The notes below the pieces were generated by a model. It was not told the origin of the DNA and did no database searches. It saw only the letters and a list, made by a program, of their open reading frames with translations. Below, in pieces: positions 54,664 through 64,000 of a stretch of 64,000 nt of DNA (position 1 is the first letter of the stretch; every line of letters starts with the position of its first letter). This stretch comes from Phoronis australis (Eukaryota > Animalia > Phoronida): positions 68,380 through 132,379 of the forward strand of contig NMRA01000133.1 of NCBI GenBank assembly GCA_002633005.1. Direction: 5' to 3'. The position numbers and the translations under genes are program-made.

Positions 54664-55219
54664 AAAGAATGCATGAAAAGAATCATACGTCGACACCCTA
54701 AGCGGTCAAGATTGGGCAACTCGACCAGTTTACACACTACAAAATCTGCCTGTTCAGATCAAAAACACCATGCCATTGTATTTAATTGAATCGCCCCAAG
54801 CTGCTGATGCTATCATTCTCTAGGTAATGAGACTTGTCATAAACACATTAAAGATGACAATAGTATTTTCAAATTTTCGCTTTGAAAGTTTGTAAATAGC
54901 ATATTTCAGTAATCTGTGAAAAGAAAACATGATTAGGTTTTTTTAATTCTGAAAAATGGACAACAAATTTGACTTGCAACCTAAACGTTTGCTTAATGTT
55001 GCAATTATATTCATTCAATCTGCTGGTTGTGCAACATAATTGGGCCAGTTACCAAACCAGCAGGCAGCAGTTGGATTTTGAGGTAACCCAAGAGTCATCG
55101 TACAATTCTTGGCATGTATACAGGCTAAACAAGATTCTCCATGTTAGCACTTTAACTGTGAAACAATCACACATCCCAATACTTCATGGGTATTGCCAGT
55201 AGCTTTCTACTACAAGTAC

Positions 55220-55278
55220 CTTTCGAATGTAAAAGAACACCTTTGGGGGACGTCAGTGTCTTTCTTCCACAGCAGGTT
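55220..55278 (-). other. CCDC138: Probable CCDC138 5'UTR exon (59 nt)
   Basis: Branch-like gctaat, then ctctgattttag acceptor; AAG|gtactt donor. Confidence 0.45.
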
Positions 55279-55675
55279 CTAAAATCAGAGAATTGCACTG
55301 CATTAGCAGAATTTCATCCACATCAATAGAATATCACAGGCTTGGGGACGCACAAATCTCATAAATTATTGCTATCCAAGAAATTTTGTCAGCTTTGGTT
55401 ACAAATGACCTTTTAAAAACCTTAGAATATTGAAACTTGCTTTGTACATCATAGACTATGGTTGTTGATTTATCACACTGTCATGTTATTGCCGTCACCA
55501 AGTGGTGAGAAAATGTGACACTGCTCTCTCAAAGCAAATCACTACATTCAATTTTTAATTTCCTTGGTCAACCTTAATTACACTCTGTTCAATGGTGCCA
55601 TTGTCGTGTCTTGAAAAACTCTGCCGTTATTATTTAACATGCAGCCATGTCTTCAGACATAGTAGACCTGCGCGG

Positions 55676-55970
55676 CAGGTGGTATGATGTCATATCTCCT
55701 GGAGTGCGCAGTGTAAAAATGGGCAGTTACCCATTTAGGAAACTGAACGAGGAACTCCTCGAAGAAAAAGTTTGATAGCTGGAGTACTTCTTCGAGTTGT
55801 AAGGGATTAAATACATCGACAGCCTCCTAAAGGTGTCCCTCTATGCGCAAAAGGACGTAATTATAACAACGTGACTTTAACGTTTTAGCCAGTATGAGGC
55901 ATAATTCCCCAAAAAGCTTCAGAAGTATGAAGCTCCTATATTCAGCTAGAGACGGTGGTCAATGTCTCAG
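55676..55970. mobile_element. Single-arm copy of the 57722-58204 foldback family
   Basis: Shares GCGCAGTGT..AAAATGG..AGTTAC, GAAGAAAAAGTTTGATA, TTCGAGTTG, CAGCCTCCTAA.GGTGTCCCT, AGGCATAATTC and TATGAAGC.CCTATA. Confidence 0.8.
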
Positions 55971-56874
55971 GCCGAATACACTCCCTAGGCTTGATTTTGG
56001 AGAAGGTCAGAAAGCCTTTGCAGTTTGTACATTTTTATTTCTGGAATCAACATGATTCTGAAAATATCAATTTCAAGGGGAATAATTGCAAACAATAACC
56101 CAGCATTTTTCTCCCAATCTGGTCAGCAATTGGGAAAAGACAGAGTACAAGAAATGATCTCTGTCTCTGAGCCGGTCCGATTCTCGATTCGCATCTCTAG
56201 AGAGTATAGCCCTGGCATAGGCTACAAATTAAACTCATGGACCCACTTATGATAGATCCAACACCACTGAGTTGGTCGAATAGCTTACGAGTGCTTACAT
56301 AGACAAAAATAAATACCACTTTTTTAATTACGGTGAGTTTACACCAAGTTGGTGCAAATTTAACNTAATCGGACTATAACAACGTGACTTTAACGTTTTA
56401 GCCAGTATGAGGCATAATTCCCCAAAAAGCTTCAGAAGTATGAAGCTCCTATATTCAACTAGAGATGGTGGTCAATGTCTCAGGCCGAATACACTCCCTA
56501 GGCTTGATTTTGGAAAAGGTCAGAAAGCCTTTGCAGTTTGTACATTTTTATTTCTGGAATCAACATGATTCTGAAAATATCAATTTCAAGGGGAATAATT
56601 GCAAACAATAACCCAGCATTTTTCTCCCAATCTGGTCAGCAATTGGGAAAAGACAGAGTACAAGAAATGATCTCTGTCTCTGAGCCGGTCCGATTCTCGA
56701 TTCGCATCTCTAGAGTATAGCCCTGGCCTAGGCTACAAATTAAACTCATGGACCCACTTATGATAGATCCAACACCACTGAGTTGGTCGAATAGCTTACG
56801 AGTGCTTACATAGACAAAAATAAATACCACTTTTTTAATTACGGTGAGTTTACACCAAGTTGGTGCAAATTTAA
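55862..56874. repeat. ~500-bp near-identical direct duplication separated by an N (probable haplotype/assembly duplication)
   Basis: 55862-56364 versus 56375-56874 differ by a handful of substitutions and a 2-bp indel; N at 56365. Confidence 0.8.
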
Positions 56875-56895
56875 CGGCTTAAATTACCAACTTAC

Positions 56896-56990
56896 ATGGG
56901 AGAAACAAGGTTTATTTTGACAAGTCAACCATTTTGAAAAAAATCGTGATTTCAAATCTCGCGGGTTCGAGACAATTGCAATAATCTCTT
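56896..56990 (-). other. CCDC138: Probable CCDC138 non-coding first exon (start approximate)
   Basis: Donor gtaagt at 56895-56890, next to CpG-richer promoter-like sequence; contains the short uORF MVDLSK*. Confidence 0.45.
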
Positions 56991-57205
56991 TTAAACGGAA
57001 CAAAGTCGTCGAGAAATTTTCTGTATATTATTGAAACTCTTTTTATTATACATGTAATGTAAACAATTAAGTAATTTTCTAATAACGCACATATATCAAA
57101 CGAATATTTCACAATTCCAGTTCATAAGCTGTCTATTGCTCTTGCACAAATTTGTGAAGCTTACTTCCGTAAATTTTTCTGGTGATCAGTCACAAGCCAC
57201 AGGAG
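56896..57205. promoter_or_regulatory. Putative bidirectional promoter shared by CCDC138 and NAXD
   Basis: About 310 bp between the CCDC138 exon-1 donor and the NAXD ATG. Contains TCTCGCGGG (CGCG/BANP-like) at 56957-56965, ACTTCCG (ETS-like) at 57163-57169 and CAAAATGG (YY1-like) on the minus strand near 56930. Confidence 0.6.
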
Positions 57206-57263
57206 ATGTTTACGTTGTCAAGCATTGCGCTTTCTTTACTCAACAATGGTGGTGGAACTGTTG
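57206..57263 (+). CDS. NAXD: NAXD exon 1 ([19 protein letters not shown]), putative targeting presequence
   Basis: ATG in gagATG context, G|gtaaat donor; phase 1 matches exon 2. Confidence 0.6.
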
Positions 57264-60200
57264 GTAAATTGAAGGGTTTTATGTCAGGATTGAATCAAAA
57301 CTTCATCCATATTCTACATGTTCAAATAATTTAACTTGAACTAGTTTAAGTCGCTCAATTAATAGACATAACTCAGTCTCAGTCACTCTGACTCACAAAA
57401 ATTTATTACGTTGCACTGGGATGTAGGCTGAAAAATTTGCTCAGCAGGAAATTGAATCCTGGTCTAAAGTAAAAAATCAGCTTGTTCCAAGTCTCGAACC
57501 CGGTACCTTCCAAGGTGTCTTAACCAGTGAGCCTATTTATGGGTTTGATATCTGGGAAACTCTAAAATGGACAAATCACCAAACTGTACGAATGATGTTG
57601 ACTATGACAACATTTCCCCTTTCCAATTTGTCCTGACAGTTTCTTCAATTCACTAGAAAAATTAGTAGTTGACCTACTTAAATTAGACTGTGACCACTGG
57701 CTTCGCAATAGAGACTGTGAAGCTCCTATAGGCGCTTCATACACCAGAAGATTTTCGGCAAATTATGCCTGACTAAAACATCAATGCTACGTTGTTTTAA
57801 ATACCTTTTGCTCATAGAGAGACACCTTAGGAGCCCGTCGATGTATTTAATTCCTTCCAACTCGAACAAATACTCCCGTTATCAAACTTTTTCTTCAAGA
57901 AGTCCCTCGTTCAGTTCCCAAAATCGGTAACTCACCATTTTTAACACTGCGCGTCATACCACCTGGCGTGTGCAGTGTTAAAACGGTGAGTTACTGATTT
58001 GGGGAATTAAATGAGGGACTGCTTGAAGAAAAAGTTTGATAACGGGAGTATTTGTTCGAGTTGGAAGGAATTACATACATCAACAGCCTCCTAAGGTGTC
58101 CCTTTGTGAGCAAACGGTATTTATAACTATGTGACTTCGATGTTTTAGTCAGTGCAAGGCATAATTCGCCAAAAAGGTTCGGCATATGAAGCGCCTATAG
58201 GAGCATGTAGGACGGTGGTCTCTGTCTATACTTAAATATGCTCGAAGTCAAACGAAACCCTACAGAGGAATATGAGGTCACTCTTCTTCACTGTGAACTG
58301 TATTGTACTTGTCAGTGATCTGGTAGTGACTGTATGTCCTGAACATACTTTTTATTTCCTCTTGCCCTACTCTCTGTCCTCTCAGATGGTTATTTTTTTT
58401 GGTAAAAAAACATTATTTTTCCAAGGGCTCACTCATTCTTTGGAAAAATATTTCACTTTTTACAATTCATGTTTCCTAACTGTCATTATTAAGACAGTTT
58501 AGTGCAATATTGAAACAAAATGTCTGAGTAATTGTTTCGTGTAGATGTTCAAAAGAAACATTACCATATACAAGTTAAGGGCAGTGATTTTAACATGTAT
58601 GTTTCAGGTGCCGTTAAGTCTTCAAGGCATCTGCTGACCACCCTGGGCAACAGTGCAGCACTGCTGGAAATGATAAAGACCATAATCCCGCCTCTTTTGC
58701 ATGAGAACCATAAAGGTGTACATGGCAGACTGGCAGTTATTGGTGGTTGTAAAGAGTGAGTTGGTTTGCAAAATAATATTAAGTTCTAGCTTGATACAGC
58801 TTTTGAAAATGACAGCACTCTGTTGACAGCACTCTGCTAATATCGTTTTACCAAATTGGGCTTTCTGGTGTTGTGGGGTACGAGCATACGCTTTCACAAT
58901 AATGCTAAGTGCTGACATGATTGGGGCACTCCATAATGTAGATGTTATTCATTTGTTATCACAAATTTTAAATCGTGCCCAACTTCTAAGCAGTGGGGAT
59001 GCCTCATGCCATGGCGCATTTATTTAAAGATGTAGTAAACTGATGGCAGCCTAGTATTCAAATTAAGCCAAGCCTGACTGTTTTTTTTTTGAAAATTTAA
59101 TGTGGGTGTTAACCCAAACTGAAACTTGGGATTCACAACGTGGGAGTTGCATGTTGGTAATCCACTTCACATGCAATTTAAGCATAAAAAGTTTCCTGAA
59201 TTCTAAACAGTGTATTACCTGCAAGTTACAGGCAAGTGAATTATGTGTTTTATTAACACAGAGATATGTTGCTTTAACATTGACTAAAAGTCCATACGGT
59301 ACTAATTAAGGATAGCATTTAAAAGCAAAAACATGGAATGTTATTGGTTATCCTAGACAAATACACTAATACTGTTTGATGGTTTTAGTCAATCCATATA
59401 AGCGAACACCTGTGGTAAAAGCTTTTGTGCCTCGTTTTTAGGTATACTGGCGCCCCCTATTTTGCTGCAATCTCTGCATTGAAGGTGGTAAGTAGTCCTT
59501 AACGTCTAGATTTGTTTGTGGTTCTAGACGTGATACAAGGTGATACAAGGTGCTACAAGGTGATACAAGAGTGATTTGATATTTAGACATTGCACATGTA
59601 TCCAATGCCTTTCTGAAGTGGTCCTTCATTGAGAACTAATAGTGGCGCAATTTTTAACGTACCCTTCCTGTAGAGATGATTACACCCTTGCATATAAAAT
59701 GTTCACTTACTTAGAGACGTGGGTGGTTGTTGGCAGACGTTACGACCTGGTCCGCCAGGTCTTTGTCGATGAATGAGGGATTTCCCGTCTTAGGCTCGTT
59801 AAGAATGCTGGAGTACACCGGGAGGGGGGGGGAGGTGGAGTCCTCTGTCTTGGTTCAAGAGGGGGCGCTGACTGTTGATGTTTATGACCTCTTTGAGCTT
59901 ACGAGTGTGCCAATTTTGTTCCTTGGCTAGGATCCTGGATGACNACCAATTTTGTTCCTAACGAGTGTAAGGCGGGAAATCCCTCATTCATCGACAAAGA
60001 CCTGGTGGTCCAGGTTGAAACATCTGCCAACAACCAACCTCGTCTCTAAGTAAGTGAACATTTTATATACAATGCCTCTAGAGCCCAATGACGAACCTAT
60101 TCTCCATGATTACACCCCCCCCCCCCACTGTCTTTGTACTTTCTTCTCACAAATTGGACCAGTTCTAGAGGCTACTGTTTATATGGTGCGTACTATTTCT

Positions 60201-62511
60201 TTTTCAGGGTGCTGACCTATCCCATGTTATTTGTACTAATGACGCGTGTACTCCAATCAAGTCATACAGTCCAGAAATTATCGTCCACCCTATACTGTAA
60301 GTTGAAAACATAATACGTTTTGAAAATAAAAAAAATGAAACTTTATTTGTTGCGTAGTCTTCTTATAGAGAGATTAGGAGTGTGAAGAAGTTTATACTTT
60401 GCCAACTTTCCAACATGGTGGGGTGACCCATTGAAATCGACTTTGTCACTAGATAGTGATGAGCATTTCTTGGATAATATTAAGCACCACGTTCAATTCA
60501 CATGTGATATGAACCGAGATTTAAAGCTGGGGAATTTTGCTGAGAATCCTTTGCCATTGTCAAGTTTCAATTCTTCACCGGTGTCACCACTGTTGCGGAG
60601 CAGAATGTTCAAATGCTAACGTCCAAATTTGTCATTGAATAAATAAAGTGGTTTTGTTTTTGTCTCCTTGAGCTAATTTTTTCCAGCACTGTGAGATGTG
60701 GTCAAAGGAAATTCTTTTGGAACTTTGGAACTATCACTATACTAAATAGTCTTATGCCAAATGTTAGTCATTGCAAGCAAGCACTTCCTCTGTATCCAAG
60801 TAAGTCGTTTTTTTTCTTCCAGAGACAGTCCCCAAATTGACAGTGAGGTCAGCCGATGGCTGAACAAGTTTCACGCCCTCGTCATCGGACCAGGTCTGGG
60901 ACAGGATATGGATCTCCTGAATAATGTAGCAGTAAGTCACTGGTATCATTAATTAACCCGTAAGGTCCATGTGTTAACTCACCTTAGTTTAGAACTGAGT
61001 TATTTCTTCTGATAAATACAAACTCAAAACAATGCATGTCTCACTACTGAAGTGCATAAGTGTCCCAACGTGATAGTCATGTTAGTCGTTAGGTTAAGGT
61101 GTGCAGGAGTGATGTTTTTTAATGAGCTTTTGCGGTAGTAAATAATAAACAGTGTGATTCAGTTCTGGACAATTGTTTGCTAAAAATCGGTGTAATGTCA
61201 GTAATTTTGAAATTTAGTCATTTAAAGAACTAAGTTATTAGCACCTAAGACCATAGAAATGTTTTTTAAGGAAATCTACTCCTCAGTCTTATAATTCAGT
61301 TGTGAAAAGTTTCATTTTTTTCTGAAATATTTCATAAAGACCAACTACTGTGAAGGAATTTTTATGGTACCTTGAGTGAAGTAGTAGATATTGTTATCGT
61401 AATTCTGTGATATGTCAAGTCATGCATTCAAATCCATTTTGTTCTCAAATTGTTGTTTACTGCAAGTGAATAATTTGACATAAGTTTGATCCTTAGTATT
61501 GTGAAATCTAACCAATTTTGGACAAAAGGCCTTTAAAATTGTTGTGAATACTCACAGTTTGTCAAAACATTGTCGGCTATGGTGGCTATGTTATAGAACT
61601 CATAAAGGATGAAGTATTTATTTTGTGTTGCTTATCTTTTACAAAAAAAAATTAATTTTTCCATATTTTGTCCTAAATTTGTGAGATTTTACCATATTTG
61701 GAATAAACTGACTTAACTTTGAATTTTTATATGCTGTCCTTAGTTGAAGTTACCTTTTGTTTCTGAAAATACTTGGAAGACTCATAACGTTCAGTTGTTT
61801 AATTTTTACTGTGCTTATAATTTTCGACTTTCATGTTAAATGTTAACATGATTTTAAAATTCCAATTCAAGTGATATCTTGATGGTGATGTTCATATTGT
61901 ATCGAGGATTGTGGTATGAATGTTCCAAACTCTGTTAGTATCATATAAATGTACCTTGGTCATGTAAGATCATGATGTTTTTCTTTTGCAGACTGTCATT
62001 AAAAAGGCCATAAACTTGAATCTTCCTCTGGTTATCGACGCTGTAAGTTCCATGTTTTTGAAACAGTAGCTTCAGGGTACTAATGTGAAATTGAGAAGGG
62101 TTACTTCCATACTTTGTACATGTGGCGATGTGTGTGATTAAACGGACAATACCCCCTAAATTTGGGACTGTCTTTGACCAAATTTCTCTGCTTTTGGGAT
62201 GATTTTGATCAAAAGTAATAAGTAGACTAAGTATGAAAAATTGCAGAAGCGTATTCCTCAAGGGTCATTTTTGTTGGTGACCATCAGGCAGAAGGGAAAT
62301 GTCTGGGGGATCTGATCTCCACAAAAAACCCCCGGAGACTCTCCTTGCATTTGTAAAATTGCTTGTGTTCGCCTCAAAAGACAGTGTTGTTTTTACACCC
62401 TTGCAGGATGGAGTGTTTCTACTGACAAAAAAGCCCGACTTGATTCAGAACTATGAACGAGCCATACTGACGCCGAATGCTGTGGAGTTTGACCGTCTGT
62501 ATAAAGCTGTG
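57206..62511 (+). CDS. NAXD: ATP-dependent (S)-NAD(P)H-hydrate dehydratase (CARKD), 5' part; gene continues beyond the window
   Basis: join(57206-57263, 58608-58755, 59442-59487, 60208-60296, 60823-60931, 61992-62042, 62407-62511), all GT-AG with consistent phases. Motifs [65 protein letters not shown] and ILTPNAVEF are hallmarks of the YjeF-C/NAXD family. Confidence 0.95.
57482..57534 (-). mobile_element. tRNA-derived SINE head remnant
   Basis: Minus strand TAGGCTCACTGGTTAAG (A-box-like) ... GGGTTCGAGAC (B-box); too short for a tRNA. A similar B-box remnant lies at ~35727-35756. Confidence 0.4.
57722..58204. mobile_element. Foldback/long-TIR palindromic element in NAXD intron 1
   Basis: About 230 bp imperfect inverted arms (GCTCCTATAGGCGCTTCATA... 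and ...TATGAAGCGCCTATAGGAGC) around a ~17 bp loop near 57960. Confidence 0.85.
58608..58755 (+). CDS. NAXD: NAXD exon 2
   Basis: gtttcag acceptor, gtgagt donor; [25 protein letters not shown]. Confidence 0.92.
59442..59487 (+). CDS. NAXD: NAXD exon 3
   Basis: [15 protein letters not shown]; ttttag acceptor, gtaagt donor. Confidence 0.95.
59688..60072. mobile_element. Element with ~120 bp inverted termini in NAXD intron 3 (MITE or DIRS-like remnant; internal N gap)
   Basis: TATAAAATGTTCACTTACTTAGAGACG...GGCAGA...CCAGGTCTTTGTCGATGAATGAGGGATTTCCCG is mirrored at the right end; N at 59944. Confidence 0.8.
60208..60296 (+). CDS. NAXD: NAXD exon 4
   Basis: [30 protein letters not shown]; ttttcag acceptor, gtaagt donor. 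Confidence 0.95.
60823..60931 (+). CDS. NAXD: NAXD exon 5
   Basis: [28 protein letters not shown]...; ttccag acceptor, gtaagt donor. Confidence 0.95.
61992..62042 (+). CDS. NAXD: NAXD exon 6
   Basis: [17 protein letters not shown]; ttgcag acceptor, gtaagt donor. Confidence 0.93.
62407..62511 (+). CDS. NAXD: NAXD exon 7
   Basis: [35 protein letters not shown]; ttgcag acceptor, gtaagt donor. Confidence 0.95.
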
Positions 62512-62655
62512 GTAAGTCGGCGGGAAATGGTCTGTTGGTCACTTTAGTTTGACATCCCTCAAGCGAACCACTTATAATAAACTCAGTTGAGAGTAAATTC
62601 ACAAACTTCTGATGCACAGAAAGTGTTTAGACACCTCATGCTTTTTTTTCGTCTT

Positions 62656-62939
62656 TTAAATCTGCGTTTCGTCTTGGTTAGTTGGATAAAAATGAAAATT
62701 CAATTAAGTCTTGTACTCTGAGAAAATTGGGCTCGTACTATTCCTTACGTGTTGACTCAAGTCACAGGCTATTGGCCGTTTGGAGCGTTTTCTTGTGTCG
62801 CTGGTGGTTTCGATGTTCTTTTTGGTAATGGATATAGAACCCATCATGGTAAGGAATGGTAGGAGATGGATTTTGTTTGAGAGAAACTCTAATTTGATTT
62901 TTGTTTTTTAACCAGCGAAACAGTTAAATGCAGCTTTAA
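62656..62939. mobile_element. Possible TTAA-flanked non-autonomous DNA element
   Basis: TTAAATCTGCGTTTCG..TTGGTTA versus TAACCAGCGAAA...AATGCAGCTTTAA: imperfect inverted termini. Confidence 0.35.
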
Positions 62940-64000
62940 CTTTTTTGATTTCCAGTCAAAAATCTGTTTTGAGCTATCCTAAGATTTTATGTACCTGTAG
63001 TGATTCTTTCACGCTAGAGTACCAAAAACTGAAAATTATTTGGTATGATGTGTCGAAGGATAGACGAGCTGGTAGAAGTGGTGTTAGGAGTTATGAGACA
63101 TACCCCTGCTCATGTCAGTCGTCGTGCATCCTGTCCCGCTAGATACTGTTGATAGAAACTGAGCGCTCGTTTCATGAAAAGCGGCTTAAAGACTCGCAAC
63201 AGAGATTTGGTCTTACGCTCTCACTTGGCAATTGCTGAATAAAGGGTTAGCCATGAAGTGATGAGTGTATCACAGTGGCAGGGATGTGTGTAGTTTCAGG
63301 GACTTTGCAATGTTGCTCAAAAATTAGAGTTAAACACTTTTAAGGGACAGTTGTGCGAAGTGTAAGACCAAATTTCTGACTTAAGTTTTTAGACACTTTT
63401 CATGAAACTGACCTCATGGGCGAGCACGTGCTTTGCTTGTAATGCATGATTATACCTTGCAAAGCCTTGTGTGCTCTCGTCAAACTCGCAAGAAGTGAAA
63501 CTTAGAAAGCGTGGACGAGTTATTCACTTGCACCATTTGCCATAAGAGATTGATTAACCACAGGGAACATTCAATATTTCACTTTTTAACATTGTGAGAG
63601 CACGAAAGTGGCTTTCACTTGGCTAAAATTCTTGTGTGTGTGACGGGCTACATAGAGAGAACATGATTTCAAAATTTTCACGGATTGTTTGATTATCCCT
63701 CCGCATTACAGCAATTTGACAACATAATGGTCACAGAGAATTTGTAAAAAAATCCTGGGAAATTTCACTGCATTAAACTGTCCACTAACTACTCTACCGC
63801 CATCTGGTGACAAGGAATATTTCACATCTCCTCTTTTCAAAAATAGGTGTTGTCTAACATTTCAACGCCATAAAGCTTGACAATGACTAGTGTATACTTA
63901 TATGTGAGATTGCGCTGCACTGCCCAGGTTTACAACTAGAATGTCTATTATGTTAGCACACGTGTAGTGTTGTAGTGGTGAGTCTTGTTTCGTTTTGATA

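Noticed and set aside
55862-56874. ~500 bp tandem duplication beside the promoter as a biological CNV
   Set aside because: The copies are separated by a single N and differ at allele-like levels; most likely overlapping haplotig ends.
60455-60543. Candidate C/D box snoRNA in NAXD intron 4 (GTGATGA...CTGA); similar pair at ~63258-63379
   Set aside because: Terminal stems are only ~3 bp and I could not recognise an rRNA/snRNA-complementary guide; would need snoscan/Infernal.

Overview
AT-rich eukaryotic genomic DNA, most likely a bilaterian invertebrate (inferred from spliceosomal GT-AG introns, animal-type genes and repeats); nearly all short ORFs in the supplied track are spurious. Two genes lie head-to-head around a ~300 bp shared promoter near 56.9-57.2 kb. 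(1) A CCDC138 orthologue on the minus strand has 12 coding exons, 52644->13036 (575 aa by my manual splicing), two probable 5'UTR exons, and very large last introns (8.3 kb and 21.2 kb). (2) NAXD/CARKD (ATP-dependent NAD(P)HX dehydratase) on the plus strand has 7 visible exons from 57206 and runs off the window. Introns hold a young 5'-truncated L1/Tx1-type LINE with a 10-bp TSD, several MITE families, a ~480 bp foldback palindrome with a related copy on the other side of the promoter, a decayed DNA transposon carrying a HIRAN-like ORF, a Helentron/HINE-like element with repeated CTCF-like motifs, and minisatellites. The most unusual structure is a CCDC138 coiled-coil exon whose acceptor junction and donor junction have each been separately tandem-amplified. 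No rRNA, intact tRNA or CRISPR array was found. Gene names and family calls come from my recall of the families, not from database searches.
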